A stretch of DNA of 64,000 nt from Terriglobia bacterium (GCA_965198225.1 CBDAOY010000008.1:256001-320000); one strand, 5' to 3'. Counted from the first letter of the stretch, positions 36,209-46,840 are shown. Program-made: numbers and translations. The notes: generated by a model from the sequence alone, not told the origin.

Positions 36209-38544
36209 ATGACTGTGCTCGCTAAAACAACCATGGCCGTCGGTGCTTTGTTCCTGCTGGCGACAGTGGCCGTCGGTGCTGCGGATGAAGCCGTAGCTGT
36301 CGAGGGTTTGGCCGTGGATACAGATGGGGAAGTGGTCGAGTTCACGATCACGTCGACCGAGTGGGTTCGGTACACGTATTTCGAGCTCGAAGGGCCACGT
36401 GTTGTCGTCGACTTCCACAACGCCGAGAATCGACTCGGGTTCTGGAGGAGGACGATCGAAGAAGGGCTGGTCGAGAAGGTCCGGGCAGCGTCCTTTGTCG
36501 ATGATAGCCGCGATGCCACGCGAGTCGTGTTCCACCTGACGGAGGCGACTCCGTACGAAGTCGTCGATGAAGGCGACGGGACCGTCCGTGTCCGATTCGG
36601 CATCGATCCGGCTGCGGCTGAGGACGGCGACCAGGAGGTCGGGAACGGCGGCCAAGAAGTCGACCAAAGGATGGACGAAGCCGATCTGGCGGGGATCGAA
36701 GAAGAAACGATACCGGTGGACGCATCCTCCGAGGCCGACTGGAACGTCGGTATCGGCGACCAGGAGGTCGGGATCGTCGCCCCAGCGGATGGCCTCTTCG
36801 ATGACGCGATCGAGGAGATCGATGACGCGGTCGAGGAGACGGCAAGATCGGAGTCCCCGAAGCCTCTTCCTTACGTCGAGAACGGGTCCGGGTTCACCCC
36901 CAGCGCGGAACTGGTGAAGGAATGGGTCCCCGATTTCGACATGGTGGATTCCGAATCAGCGGGGGTTCCGGACGACGCTCCGGCAACGGTTGAGCCACCC
37001 TCGGCCGAGAGTCTGTCGTACTTCCGATCATTGAAGAAGCGGTTGATCCGGCCCCCTCCGCCCTCGTTCGGAACACGAACAGCGTCCTTGAGCGCGTTCC
37101 CGAGGTGCCGGAGCCCACAGCGGTACCCGAGACTGTTGTCCCAACTCCGGTGCTGGAAGAGACGACCTTTCTCGGGCAGGTAGTCACTCCGATCCCGACC
37201 CCACAGTACACCGGCGAGATCATCACGCTGGACCTGAAGGAGGTGGATCTGAGGGACTTCTTCAGGCTGATCGGAGAGATCAGCGGTTTGAACGTCGTCC
37301 TCGATCCGACGGTCGCCGGTACTTTGACTCTTCTGCTCAGAGACGTACCCTGGGATCAGGCCCTGGACGTCGTCCTGCGGAACAACGCGCTCGGTTACGA
37401 ACTTCAGGGCAACGTCCTGCGTGTGGCGACACAGGCCACCCTGCAGGCCGAGGAAGACGCCCGGGCTGCTCTGCGCGATGCGCAGGAATTGAATGCGGAC
37501 CTTGTGACGCGGACCCTTATCCTTAGCTACACGCAGGCGACTGACGTATCGGTGACGATCCAGGACCTGCTCTCTGACCGCGGCACGATCATCACCGATG
37601 GCCGGCGGAACGCCCTGATCGTCAGTGATGTGCCCACGCGTTTCGGCCAGGTGGACTCGCTGGTGAGCTTTCTCGATACCCCTTCGCAGCAGGTGGAGAT
37701 CGAAGCCCGGCTGCTTTCGGCCAACAAGTCATTCTCGCGAGAGCTGGGCTCGCAGATCGGGCTCCTGATCGGAAACAACAGCCAGAACGTCTTTGGCGGA
37801 GTTCCGGGGCTCACCAGCCCGGTTGTCCGCGCGCCGGTGACAGCTTTGGGACCCAGCCTGCCGTTGGTTGCCGATTTCGGGGCATCGGCGACATCCGGGT
37901 TTTCCTACCTGCTCGGTGCCGGTGGCGATATCCTGCTCGACACGATCATCTCGGCCGCCGAGGCCAACGGAACGGCAAAACTTCTTTCTCGCCCCAGAGT
38001 TACGACGCAGAACAACCAGGCCGCCACGGTGTCCCAGGGAACCCAGATTCCGGTTCAGACGAACGTCAACAACACGATCACCACTCAGTTTCTCCCCTTC
38101 ACGCTTAGCTTGAGCGTGACGCCGCAGATCACCGAGGCCGGGACGATCCTGCTGAGCGCTACGATCGAAAACAGCAGTCCCGACTTCGCCCGCGCTGTCA
38201 ACGGTACTCCGTCCGTGTCGACACAGCAGGCCCAGACTTCGGTATTGATACCCGACGGCGGAACAGCCGTAGTGGGCGGAATCCTGATCGACAACGATTC
38301 GATCAACGTGCGCCAGGTGCCCGGTCTCGGTAACATCCCGGTGCTCGGCCACCTGTTCAAGAATACTCAGGTCATTAAGAGTACGAGCGAACTGCTGTTC
38401 TTCATCACGGCCCGGATCAAGCCCGCGAATCCACTGGAATTCGTGCCGACGTCGCAGGAACCCGACGAGGAGGGCGCGACAGGTCCGGTGCCGCCCGAAG
38501 GCATTCAGGAGGAGATGCAGCGTGGTCCCGGGCGCTTTTTTTAA
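36209..38544 (+). CDS. pilQ: Type IV pilus secretin PilQ with AMIN domain; frameshift near 37010
   Basis: AMIN (RVVVDF) plus acidic linker in one frame; YTGEIITLD, VPWDQALD and secretin core in another. Removing AG at 37010-37011 joins them. Confidence 0.88.
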
Positions 38545-38602
38545 ACGCTTGATCTTCTGGTTTGAGAATAGTTCTTTGAGTTTGGTGGGATCAAGCGTGC
38601 CC

Positions 38603-38694
38603 TCAGCCCTCAGCGTTCAGCCTTCAGCTACTTCGGAAACGGGACGACAGTCCCATCCGACTGAGCTGAGAGCCGATAGCTGACAGCTGATCGC
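38603..38694 (+). repeat. Heptamer inverted mini-element, copy 2
   Basis: (TCAGC)x4-TTCGGAAACGGGACGACAGTCCCA-(GCTGA)n. Confidence 0.75.
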
Positions 38695-38705
38695 CTATCT
38701 TAAAG

Positions 38706-39083
38706 ATGAGTAACGCTCTGTTCCGCGAGATTTCCGAAAGGGTGCGGAACAAGATCTCCGGGTTTCAGGCCCTCGCCCTGGTAAGCGTCGACGGCAACAT
38801 CGTTGATCAGGTGGCCGTGGATCCGGTCGTGGACGCTGAAGCGCTGGCGGAGTATGCGACGCTTCTTCGGATTGCCGACCACACTGCCGAGGACACCGGG
38901 ACCGGGGAACTGTCCGAGACGGCCTGGGTCGCGGATCGCAGCCTCGTACTGACCCGACGCATCTCTCCGGACAATTTCCTGATCCTTGTGGCGGATCCCG
39001 ACACTCAGACGGGCCAGGCTCGCTATGTACTCCGTCAGGCGGCATGGCGGTTGCGTCCCGCAGTGGAGGAAACGGAGCGCTAG
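38706..39083 (+). CDS. Roadblock/LC7 (MglB-like) domain protein
   Basis: [10 protein letters not shown]...GQARYVLR pattern; 125 aa. Confidence 0.7.
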   Translation: MSNALFREISERVRNKISGFQALALVSVDGNIVDQVAVDPVVDAEALAEYATLLRIADHTAEDTGTGELSETAWVADRSLVLTRRISPDNFLILVADPDTQTGQARYVLRQAAWRLRPAVEETER

Positions 39084-39136
39084 CTAGCACCCCGACGGGG
39101 AGAAGTGCCCGACGATGTTATACTTGTGCGGCTAAC

Positions 39137-39595
39137 ATGAATCAGAAAGACCTGAAAGAACTGATCGAACTGTTCTCATCAAAGGAGGGCATCGAAGAGC
39201 TTGAGGTCGAACGCTCCGGAGTGCGGCTGAAGATCCGTCGTGCGTCGAATCACGCGTCGATGGCCAGCATCGAGCAAGCGTCTCCTGGAGAACGCCCAGT
39301 CGAAGCGATCGCGCCGCCCCCCGTACCAGCTCAGATTCCAGCCGAAAGCAGCGGTCTCTCTTATGTGACTTCACCCATCGTGGGAACGTTCTATCGCGCC
39401 CCGAGTCCGGATGCAGATCCGTTCGTGACTGTCGGTGACTTCGTCGAGAAGGGTAGCGTGGTGTGCATCGTCGAAGCGATGAAGCTCATGAACGAAATCG
39501 AATCTGAAGTCGCAGGCGAAATCGTCAGCATCTCCGTCGAAAACGGCCAACCGGTCGAGTACGGCGAGCGGTTGTTTGCCATCCGCGAGCGCTAG
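39137..39595 (+). CDS. accB: Acetyl-CoA carboxylase biotin carboxyl carrier protein
   Basis: SPIVGTFY and EAMKLMNEI. Confidence 0.95.
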   Translation: MNQKDLKELIELFSSKEGIEELEVERSGVRLKIRRASNHASMASIEQASPGERPVEAIAPPPVPAQIPAESSGLSYVTSPIVGTFYRAPSPDADPFVTVGDFVEKGSVVCIVEAMKLMNEIESEVAGEIVSISVENGQPVEYGERLFAIRER

Positions 39596-39622
39596 CGACC
39601 TCGGACCGTTCCCACTAACCAA

Positions 39623-40987
39623 ATGTTCAGAAGAGTGCTCATCGCGAATCGGGGGGAGATTGCACTCCGCGTGATGTTTGCCTGCAAGGAACTGGGTATT
39701 CAGACCGTCGCGGTTTTTTCCCAAGCGGACCGCGACGCTCTCCATGTCCGATTCGCGGACGAGGCGATCTGTATCGGTCCAGCTCGAAGCACAGACAGCT
39801 ACCTGAACATACCCGGGGTGATCAGCGCGGCCGAGATTGCCAATGCCGACGCGATCCACCCCGGATACGGCTTCCTTTCCGAGAGCGCCTATTTCGCGGA
39901 GGTTTGTGAAGAGTGTGGAATCAAGTTCATCGGACCCTCCGCTGACAGCATCCGTTTGATGGGCGACAAGGCCCGGGCCCGGAATGAGATGGTCCGCGTG
40001 GGTCTACCGATCCTTCCCGGTAGTTCCAATCCCGTCGACGAGCCGGACGAGGCGCTCGAAGCGGCCGAAGAGATCGGCTACCCACTGATCATCAAAGCAG
40101 CCGCTGGCGGCGGGGGGCGCGGGATGCGGGTCGTCGGCAATCGTGAGGAATTGCCGGCGGCGCTCGGGACCGCGCGGGCCGAGGCTGCCGCGGCTTTCGG
40201 CGACTCCCATTGCTACCTGGAGAAGTTCATCGAGAACGCCCGGCATATCGAGTTCCAGGTTCTGGCCGACGATTTCGGTAATGCAATCCACCTCGGCGAA
40301 CGCGAGTGTTCGATCCAGCGTCGGCATCAGAAACTCATCGAGGAGGCGCCGTCGGTGATCATGACCGATGAGTTGCGCCGTCGGGTCGGCGATGAGGTCG
40401 TCGCGGCCGTCAAGGAGCTCGGGTACACAAACGCCGGAACATTCGAGTTTCTCGTCGATGAGAGCAACCGCTTCTTCTTCATGGAGATGAACACGAGGAT
40501 TCAGGTCGAGCACGGAGTTACTGAGATCCTGACCGGCATCGACCTGCTGCGGGACCAGATCCTCGTCGCAGCGGGCGAGGAGATGCCCCATCGCCAGGAG
40601 GACGTTCATTTCAGGGGGCACGCCGTTGAGTGCAGGGTGAACGCCGAAGATCCTTTCACCCACAGGCCCTCGCCGGGCAAGATCACGTCGTGGCACCCCC
40701 CGGGCGGTCCGGGCGTTAGAGTGGACACAGCCGCATATGCCGAGTATGAGATCCCTCCCTACTACGATTCATTGATCGCCAAGGTCATCTCGCACGGTGC
40801 GAACCGGGAAGAGACCCTCCGGCGGATGGAACGCGCTCTCCGGACGTTCATCATCGAAGGGGTGAAGACGACAATCCCGATGCATCTGGAGATCTTGACC
40901 AATGACCAGTTCCGAGCCGGAGACATTTCGACACGATTCCTCGAAGACCTGCTCGAGCCGAAGCCCCGGATGGCCGCACCGGTATGA
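39623..40987 (+). CDS. accC: Biotin carboxylase
   Basis: [16 protein letters not shown] and [10 protein letters not shown]. Confidence 0.96.
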   Translation: MFRRVLIANRGEIALRVMFACKELGIQTVAVFSQADRDALHVRFADEAICIGPARSTDSYLNIPGVISAAEIANADAIHPGYGFLSESAYFAEVCEECGIKFIGPSADSIRLMGDKARARNEMVRVGLPILPGSSNPVDEPDEALEAAEEIGYPLIIKAAAGGGGRGMRVVGNREELPAALGTARAEAAAAFGDSHCYLEKFIENARHIEFQVLADDFGNAIHLGERECSIQRRHQKLIEEAPSVIMTDELRRRVGDEVVAAVKELGYTNAGTFEFLVDESNRFFFMEMNTRIQVEHGVTEILTGIDLLRDQILVAAGEEMPHRQEDVHFRGHAVECRVNAEDPFTHRPSPGKITSWHPPGGPGVRVDTAAYAEYEIPPYYDSLIAKVISHGANREETLRRMERALRTFIIEGVKTTIPMHLEILTNDQFRAGDISTRFLEDLLEPKPRMAAPV

Positions 40988-41604
40988 CGGCGGTCCCGCG
41001 TCTGTATGCGATCGCGGACGCATCTTTTGGTGACCCAGTCGCCATCGCTGCGCGTCTATTCGCTGCCGGAGCCGAACTGGTTCAGGTGCGTAACAAGAAC
41101 GCCTTTTCCGGCGTCCTGCATGCACAGGCCGCGGCCATCGTAGCCGAAGCGCCCGCCGCCGCCCGAGTCATAGTAAACGACAGGGTGGATGTGGCGCGTC
41201 TGGTCGGAGCGGCCGGAGCGCACGTGGGGCAGGAAGATCTGCCTGCGGCCCACGCCAGGAGCATTCTCGGCTCGGACGCGGTTCTCGGGCTATCGACGCA
41301 CGACCTGGATCAGGCCTTGAGAGCCGACACGGAGGCAATCGACTATCTCGCCCTCGGACCGATTTTTCCGACGTCAACGAAGAAGGATGCCGAAGATGTT
41401 CTCGGACTCGAGGTCCTGGAGAGGGTCTGCGGGCTCGTCCGCAAGCCGGTCGTCGCAATCGGCGGCATCAACCTCGACAACGCGCCGGACGCGCTGGCTG
41501 CGGGAGCCAGTTCCGTTGCTGTGATTTCAGACCTTATCGCACACAACGATATCGAGACGAGGGCCCGGGAGTTCTTGAACAAATTGGACGCCACTCGCGT
41601 CTAA
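40984..41604 (+). CDS. thiE: Thiamine-phosphate synthase
   Basis: [22 protein letters not shown] and AIGGI. Confidence 0.92.
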   Translation: MTAVPRLYAIADASFGDPVAIAARLFAAGAELVQVRNKNAFSGVLHAQAAAIVAEAPAAARVIVNDRVDVARLVGAAGAHVGQEDLPAAHARSILGSDAVLGLSTHDLDQALRADTEAIDYLALGPIFPTSTKKDAEDVLGLEVLERVCGLVRKPVVAIGGINLDNAPDALAAGASSVAVISDLIAHNDIETRAREFLNKLDATRV

Positions 41605-41610
41605 TGAAGA

Positions 41611-41790
41611 CGTAGGCCGTTGTCCGTAGGCCGTATTCCGTTAAGAAGTGACGAGTGACAAGTGAGGGTCCCTATTGGTAATCCGTTGAGAAAGTGACAC
41701 GTAACGCGCGGCGAGAAGGAGTGGGAAGGGGTAACTGTGGTCGGTAACGGCCTACGGCCTACGGACAACGTTCCCGAACTGACAACTGAA
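41611..41790. repeat. Heptamer-rich element with 18-bp inverted ends
   Basis: CGTTGTCCGTAGGCCGTA (41618-41635) inverted at 41753-41770; internal AAGTGAC heptamers; related ACGGCCT runs near 28601 and 56493. Confidence 0.7.
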
Positions 41791-41841
41791 CGGTGTTCCC
41801 GTACACTGAACGGTTACGCTTGAAAGGGTGATGGTGGATTC

Positions 41842-42537
41842 TTGAGTGTCTCCGAACAGAAGGGTCTGGATGTCGAGATCGAGCCGACGACGTCTCTTTC
41901 GGTCGAGTTGTACCTGATCCGGACCCGGGCAAACCGGCACCTGCCCTACATTCCTCCGCGCGGGCTCAAGGCTTGCGAGGCGACAGAAGGAGATCACATC
42001 CGGGACTTCATCCGGAAGATGGTTCGCCATCGGAGCAGGGTCATCCGCTGGCTGGGTCGCGTGACCCGGACAGCACATCTTTATTACCAGAAACTCGAAG
42101 ACAAGATTGATCCGCTGGAACGAATGATCAAGGCGATCAATTGCCCCGATCAGCTGAAGATCCGGCATTCTCCGGACGCTCGGCCGGAGTCCGCTTTTCA
42201 TGCGTTGGTCCGCAAGCAGCAGGTCAAGCACCTCGTGTGGCTGCTCGTCGATGGTTCCATCACTCTCGTTGTCGTGATACTGACGCCCTTCTTTTTCTTC
42301 ATACCGGGTCCCAATGTGTTCTTCTACTATCCGGCCCTCCGCCTGGCCAGCCACTATCGCGCGATGACCGGCGCTCGCCGGGCGCTCGACCAGAATCTGC
42401 TCAGGTTTCATGAGTTGCCTGAACTGGCCGGTCTCGAAGACAATTTGCAGGCTGCCCGAGACAAGAGCGATATCGGCAGGGCGACCAGAGATGTCGAAAT
42501 CGAAGGTCTGGACAAATTCCTGGAGCGGATGGGCTAG
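41842..42537 (+). CDS. Hypothetical membrane protein
   Basis: 231 aa with hydrophobic segment ...FFFFIPGPNVFFYY. Confidence 0.65.
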   Translation: MSVSEQKGLDVEIEPTTSLSVELYLIRTRANRHLPYIPPRGLKACEATEGDHIRDFIRKMVRHRSRVIRWLGRVTRTAHLYYQKLEDKIDPLERMIKAINCPDQLKIRHSPDARPESAFHALVRKQQVKHLVWLLVDGSITLVVVILTPFFFFIPGPNVFFYYPALRLASHYRAMTGARRALDQNLLRFHELPELAGLEDNLQAARDKSDIGRATRDVEIEGLDKFLERMG

Positions 42538-42575
42538 CAGCCCGCGGCTGCCAGCATCCCGATTGGAGATAGCAA

Positions 42576-43496
42576 ATGTTTGACTTGAAGGGCATTGTGC
42601 CTCCCATGGTGACACCATTCGACGAGTCGGGTGAGGTCATCTATTCCGACTTTGAGAGCAACATCGGAGGATACCTGGAAGCCGGTGTTGAAGGGTATCT
42701 CGTGCTGGGCTCGAACGGCGAATCGGTCTATCTGGAACACGATGAGAAGCTCAAACTCATCGAAGCCGCCCGCAGATGCGTGCCTGAATCGATGATGCTG
42801 CTTGCCGGAACCGGCTTGGAGTCGACCCGGGCAACGATCCAGCTCACCCGTGAGTCAGCCGACCGCGGCGTGGACGGAGTCCTGGTCAAAAACCCGTTCT
42901 ACTACAAGAGCCGCATGACGTCCGACGTGTACCTGGCTCACTACACGGCCGTCGCGGACGCATCGCCGGTGCCCGTGGTTCTCTACAACGTTCCGATGTT
43001 TACGGGGATTTCGATGGAAGCGCCGCTGATGATCGAGCTGGCGAAGCATCCGAACATCCGCGGAGTCAAGGAGAGTGCCGGGAACGTTCAACTGATCTCC
43101 GAGATGGCCTGGGCGACGACGGATGATGATTTTCCGATACTCGCCGGAGCGGCTCCGACGCTGTTTCCCAACATGACAGCCGGCGCCCGTGGGGGCATCG
43201 TCGCGCTCGCGTGCGCTGCCCCGGGGATCATGATCCGGTTGTACCGCGCTGTCGAGGAGGGGGATCATGGTCTGGCAGCGGCGATGCAGCGCATCGTGGC
43301 GCCTTCCGCCCTCGCCGTTACGGCCAGGTACGGGATTCCCGGTCTGAAGGCGGCCATGGAGTTCGAGGGTCTCAGGCCCGGGTTGCCGCGCTCCCCGTTG
43401 CTGCCGCTGGGCGCATCCGAACGCAAGGACCTGGAGCGAACCCTGGAATGGATGAACAGCCAGGCCGCCGAAGTGAGGGTCGAATCTCACGCCTAG
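42576..43496 (+). CDS. Dihydrodipicolinate synthase-family aldolase
   Basis: GSNGES, LYNVP and GVKES Schiff-base Lys. Confidence 0.9.
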   Translation: MFDLKGIVPPMVTPFDESGEVIYSDFESNIGGYLEAGVEGYLVLGSNGESVYLEHDEKLKLIEAARRCVPESMMLLAGTGLESTRATIQLTRESADRGVDGVLVKNPFYYKSRMTSDVYLAHYTAVADASPVPVVLYNVPMFTGISMEAPLMIELAKHPNIRGVKESAGNVQLISEMAWATTDDDFPILAGAAPTLFPNMTAGARGGIVALACAAPGIMIRLYRAVEEGDHGLAAAMQRIVAPSALAVTARYGIPGLKAAMEFEGLRPGLPRSPLLPLGASERKDLERTLEWMNSQAAEVRVESHA

Positions 43497-43560
43497 TGGC
43501 CTGAAGCATGGGAAGCATCGACCTCAAGACAAGGCATCGGTCCGGGACGCGACGCCCGTA

Positions 43561-45093
43561 ATGCAGATTCCATTCGATGCCCTCCCATCCGCGTCTGGTT
43601 TCTTCCTCGATTACACACTCAACTGGAAAAAGGTCAGTCGGTTCTACTCCTCTCCCTACACGCTGGGTGGGATCGCGAAGTTTGCCAGGGACTTGCCCGG
43701 TGCCGACATCGCCCACCTGGAGCGATTGTGCGTGGCTCTCGAAGCCCGACAACGGGGTTGGGATGGGGAGAACCTCGGTGTGAAAAAGCTCGCCGCGGGC
43801 GCCGTGGCAGTGCTTGCCGGGCAGCAACCGGGTTTGTTCACCGGCCCCCTGTACTCGATCTTGAAGGCGCTTACGGCGGTCAAGATTGCCAGGAAGCTGG
43901 AGGGAATGGATATTCCCGCCGTCCCCGTGTTCTGGATAGCGGCCGAAGACCACGACCATGCGGAGATCGAGTGGGCCGCGGTCCTGGATCGAGACTCGAC
44001 ACTGCACAGGATAAGAACGGAACTGTCAGATGGAGGCCGTACCCCGGTTGGGTGGCTGACGTTTGGCGATGATGTGACGAAGGCTGTCGACGACTGTTTC
44101 GATCTCCTGCCGCAGTCGGAATTCCACCAAGACGTCCGCTCCGTGGTTGGCCGGGCCTATCGTCCAGGGTCCTCACCGGTCGATGCGTTCGCGCGAATGA
44201 TGGTACGTCTGTTCTCGGGTACCGACCTGGTTCTGGCGGACCCGCTGGATTCGGGTTTGAGGGGTTTGGCCGAACCAGTTCTCCAGCGCGCCGCTCGGTC
44301 CAACGACGACATCCGCCGGGCCGTAATCGTGCGAACTGGAGAGATTTCCGAGGCCGGCTATCAACCGCAGGTCCGAGTGGATCGCAACTTTACCGGGCTG
44401 TTTACCTACAACGGTCGCTCCCGTGATCCGGTCCGACCCGATGACGCCGTCGATGGTTCGGACCTGAGTCCGAACGTCCTGATGCGGCCCGTGGTGCAGG
44501 ACTCCATTTTTCCGACGGCAGCTTATGTCGGGGGGCCGGCTGAGGTCGCCTATTTTGCGCAGGCGGCTCCTATCTATGAATGTCTTGGAAAGACTATGCC
44601 ACCGGTGTTCCCGCGCATTACCGCGACGCTGATCGAACCGCCGGTAGTCCGAGTGATGAACAAATATGCCCTGGGCGCGGAGGATCTGTTCGCGGGGCGG
44701 GACCAGCTGAGAAAGCGCGCCGTCGGTGCGGTCCACGACGCACGGGTCTTCGAGGAGGTCCGCGAGAACGTTGCCGTCGAGGTCGAGCGTTTGAGACCGG
44801 CTCTCGCCCGGATCGATCCGACTTTGGCCGGGGCATTGGATAATTCGCGCCAGAAGATGATGCATCAGGTCGAGAGTCTGCAGGCCCGATTCGTGAGTGC
44901 CGAGATTCGCCGGAGCGAAGTTCTCGACCGCCACCTGAGCACATTTACGAACCGGCTGTTTCCCGACAAGAGGCTCCAGGAGAGGGTCGTCAACGTGACT
45001 TCCTTCCTGGTGCGATACGGCCTCGGACTGGTTCCCCTGCTCGATGAACGAACGGAACTGGGCATCTCCGCCCACCAGGTCGTCGAATTATGA
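43561..45093 (+). CDS. bshC: Bacillithiol biosynthesis cysteine-adding enzyme
   Basis: GQQPGLFTGPLY, FWIAAEDHD, SPNVLMRP, YVGGPAEVAY and LQER. Confidence 0.93.
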   Translation: MQIPFDALPSASGFFLDYTLNWKKVSRFYSSPYTLGGIAKFARDLPGADIAHLERLCVALEARQRGWDGENLGVKKLAAGAVAVLAGQQPGLFTGPLYSILKALTAVKIARKLEGMDIPAVPVFWIAAEDHDHAEIEWAAVLDRDSTLHRIRTELSDGGRTPVGWLTFGDDVTKAVDDCFDLLPQSEFHQDVRSVVGRAYRPGSSPVDAFARMMVRLFSGTDLVLADPLDSGLRGLAEPVLQRAARSNDDIRRAVIVRTGEISEAGYQPQVRVDRNFTGLFTYNGRSRDPVRPDDAVDGSDLSPNVLMRPVVQDSIFPTAAYVGGPAEVAYFAQAAPIYECLGKTMPPVFPRITATLIEPPVVRVMNKYALGAEDLFAGRDQLRKRAVGAVHDARVFEEVRENVAVEVERLRPALARIDPTLAGALDNSRQKMMHQVESLQARFVSAEIRRSEVLDRHLSTFTNRLFPDKRLQERVVNVTSFLVRYGLGLVPLLDERTELGISAHQVVEL

Positions 45094-45109
45094 TCTGTGG
45101 AAGAGAGTC

Positions 45110-46252
45110 ATGAAGATTGGCATTACCTGTTATCCCACATACGGCGGCAGCGGTGTCGTCGGCACCGAGCTTGGCAAGGAACTCGCGGTGTACGGTCACG
45201 AGGTTCACTTCATCAGCTACGCGTTACCGATACGCCTGACGATGACCGATCGCGTCTACTTTCACGAGGTGGAGGTGCTGTCCTATCCGCTCTTCGAATA
45301 CCCGCCCTACGATCTGGTTCTCGCGACCAAGATGGCAGAGGTAACCACCAAGTTCGATCTCGACATCCTGCACGTCCACTACGCGATACCCCATTCGATC
45401 AGTGCCTTCCTCGCCAAGAAGATGCTGCCGGACAGGTCGGTCCCGTTCGTGACCACCTTGCACGGAACCGACATCACGCTCGTGGGAAACGATCGGTCTT
45501 ACCTTCCGATTACCCGGTTCGGCATCGACGAGAGCGACGCGGTTACCGCCGTGTCGGAGTACCTGCGCGAGAGAACCATCAAGGAGTTCGGTACTCGGAA
45601 GGAGATTGAAGTCGTCCCAAACTTCGTCAACTGCGAGGTGTTTCGGAAGTCGCTCGATTCAGAGTTCCGTTCACAGTTTGCTGCCGCCGATGAAGCCTTG
45701 ATGATCCACATCTCGAACTTTCGGCCGGTCAAGCGAGTCGACGATGTCATCGAGGTGTTCGACCGGGTGCGCCGGAAGAAAAAGGTCAAGTTGTTGATGG
45801 TTGGCGACGGTCCCGATCGACCTAAAGCGGAATGGCTGGCGGAAGTGAAGGAGATCGCCGGCGACGTCCACTTCCTGGGCAAGCGCAACGACATGGATCG
45901 CCTCCTTTCGGTAGCCGACGTCCTGATGCTGCCGAGCGAGCTCGAATCGTTCGGGCTGGTTGCCCTCGAGGCGATGGCCTCGGAGGTTCCGGTGATCGCG
46001 ACGCGTGTCGGTGGGGTGGCTGAGGTCGTGGACGACGGTGTGGACGGCTTTCTGTTCGATGTCGCCGATCTCGAGTCGATGGCAGACGCCGCAGCGTCCA
46101 TCCTTTCGGATCCAGACCTGCGAACCCGGATGGGGCAGGCCGGAAGGGAGCACGCGAAGCGGAACTTCTGCCACGATCGCATCGTCGGTCAATACGCCGA
46201 TCTGTACAGTCGGACCATCGAGCGAGTGCACTCGGCAGAACGGGCGTCTTGA
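45110..46252 (+). CDS. bshA: N-acetyl-alpha-D-glucosaminyl L-malate synthase
   Basis: MKIGITCYPTYGGSG, HVHYAIPH, TTLHGTD and SNFRPVKR. Confidence 0.95.
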   Translation: MKIGITCYPTYGGSGVVGTELGKELAVYGHEVHFISYALPIRLTMTDRVYFHEVEVLSYPLFEYPPYDLVLATKMAEVTTKFDLDILHVHYAIPHSISAFLAKKMLPDRSVPFVTTLHGTDITLVGNDRSYLPITRFGIDESDAVTAVSEYLRERTIKEFGTRKEIEVVPNFVNCEVFRKSLDSEFRSQFAAADEALMIHISNFRPVKRVDDVIEVFDRVRRKKKVKLLMVGDGPDRPKAEWLAEVKEIAGDVHFLGKRNDMDRLLSVADVLMLPSELESFGLVALEAMASEVPVIATRVGGVAEVVDDGVDGFLFDVADLESMADAAASILSDPDLRTRMGQAGREHAKRNFCHDRIVGQYADLYSRTIERVHSAERAS

Positions 46253-46358
46253 TTGCATGCACTCTGCATCTGAGAGCAAGCCCTCAGGCCTAAAGATCAA
46301 CCGTGTAGTTTCTTAGAAAGAAGCGGTAACGTTTTTCCCGTGGCGCGTGTCTTATAAG

Positions 46359-46419
46359 TAACAAGATTTCCTCCACGCCATAACGTGACCCGCGGTCTCA
46401 CCCGCCGCGGGCTTTTTTT
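46359..46419 (+). ncRNA. Candidate small RNA with anti-SD motif and intrinsic terminator
   Basis: ECF-like GTAAC-N16-GTGTCT upstream; unpaired TTTCCTCC; CCCGCGG..CCGCGGG stem + T7. If not an sRNA, the hairpin is still a terminator. Confidence 0.4.
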
Positions 46420-46498
46420 GCTTCAGTCGGAAACTACCGCTTGCTGCGCTAGCGCGCATTTCTCACCGGGATCCGCCAGACAACGTTCGGAGCTCCTA

Positions 46499-46616
46499 AA
46501 TTCGGGGACGGAGACCGAATTTTTGGGAACCGAAAACGACGGTCTGATGGTCCGGGTAATTCGGTCTCCGTCCCCGATCTCCTCGGTTTTGTGAATTCGG
46601 TCTCCGTCCCCGAATT
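46499..46616. repeat. Three copies of AATTCGGGGACGGAGACCGAATT (one forward, two inverted)
   Basis: 46499-46521, 46558-46578 and 46594-46616. Confidence 0.85.
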
Positions 46617-46646
46617 CCCCACGGGTCTAAAACGCTGAAAACAAGA

Positions 46647-46719
46647 AGCCAACGAGCGGATTTGAACCGCTGACCTGCTGATTACGAATCAGCTGCTCTA
46701 CCAGCTGAGCTACGTTGGC
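46647..46719 (-). tRNA. tRNA-Thr(CGT), CCA not encoded
   Basis: GCCAACGTAGCTCAGCTGGTAGAGCAGCTGATT-CGT-AATCAGCAGGTCAGCGGTTCAAATCCGCTCGTTGGCT cloverleaf. Confidence 0.96.
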
Positions 46720-46811
46720 AAAAAAATGCTCACCCAGAGGGTGAGCAAGAGTTGTAAAGAGAAAAAGGATTCACCCCGCAGGACGGGGCGGAAAAGCTCC
46801 AATGCATCCAT

Positions 46812-46840
46812 AATTTAAATAGGGGGTTGAGGCTTGTCAA
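46812..46840 (-). promoter_or_regulatory. Sigma70 promoter of tRNA-Thr
   Basis: TTGACA-17-TAAATT. Confidence 0.65.

Noticed and set aside
40900-41000. TPP riboswitch before thiE
   Set aside because: thiE overlaps the accC stop, leaving no leader, and no TPP consensus is visible.
46499-46616. Possible mini CRISPR array
   Set aside because: Units are in mixed orientation, spacers are unequal (36 and 15 bp), and no cas genes are present.
46647-46719. tRNA as integration site of a genomic island
   Set aside because: No duplicated tRNA 3' end or integrase seen; both flanks are core genes.
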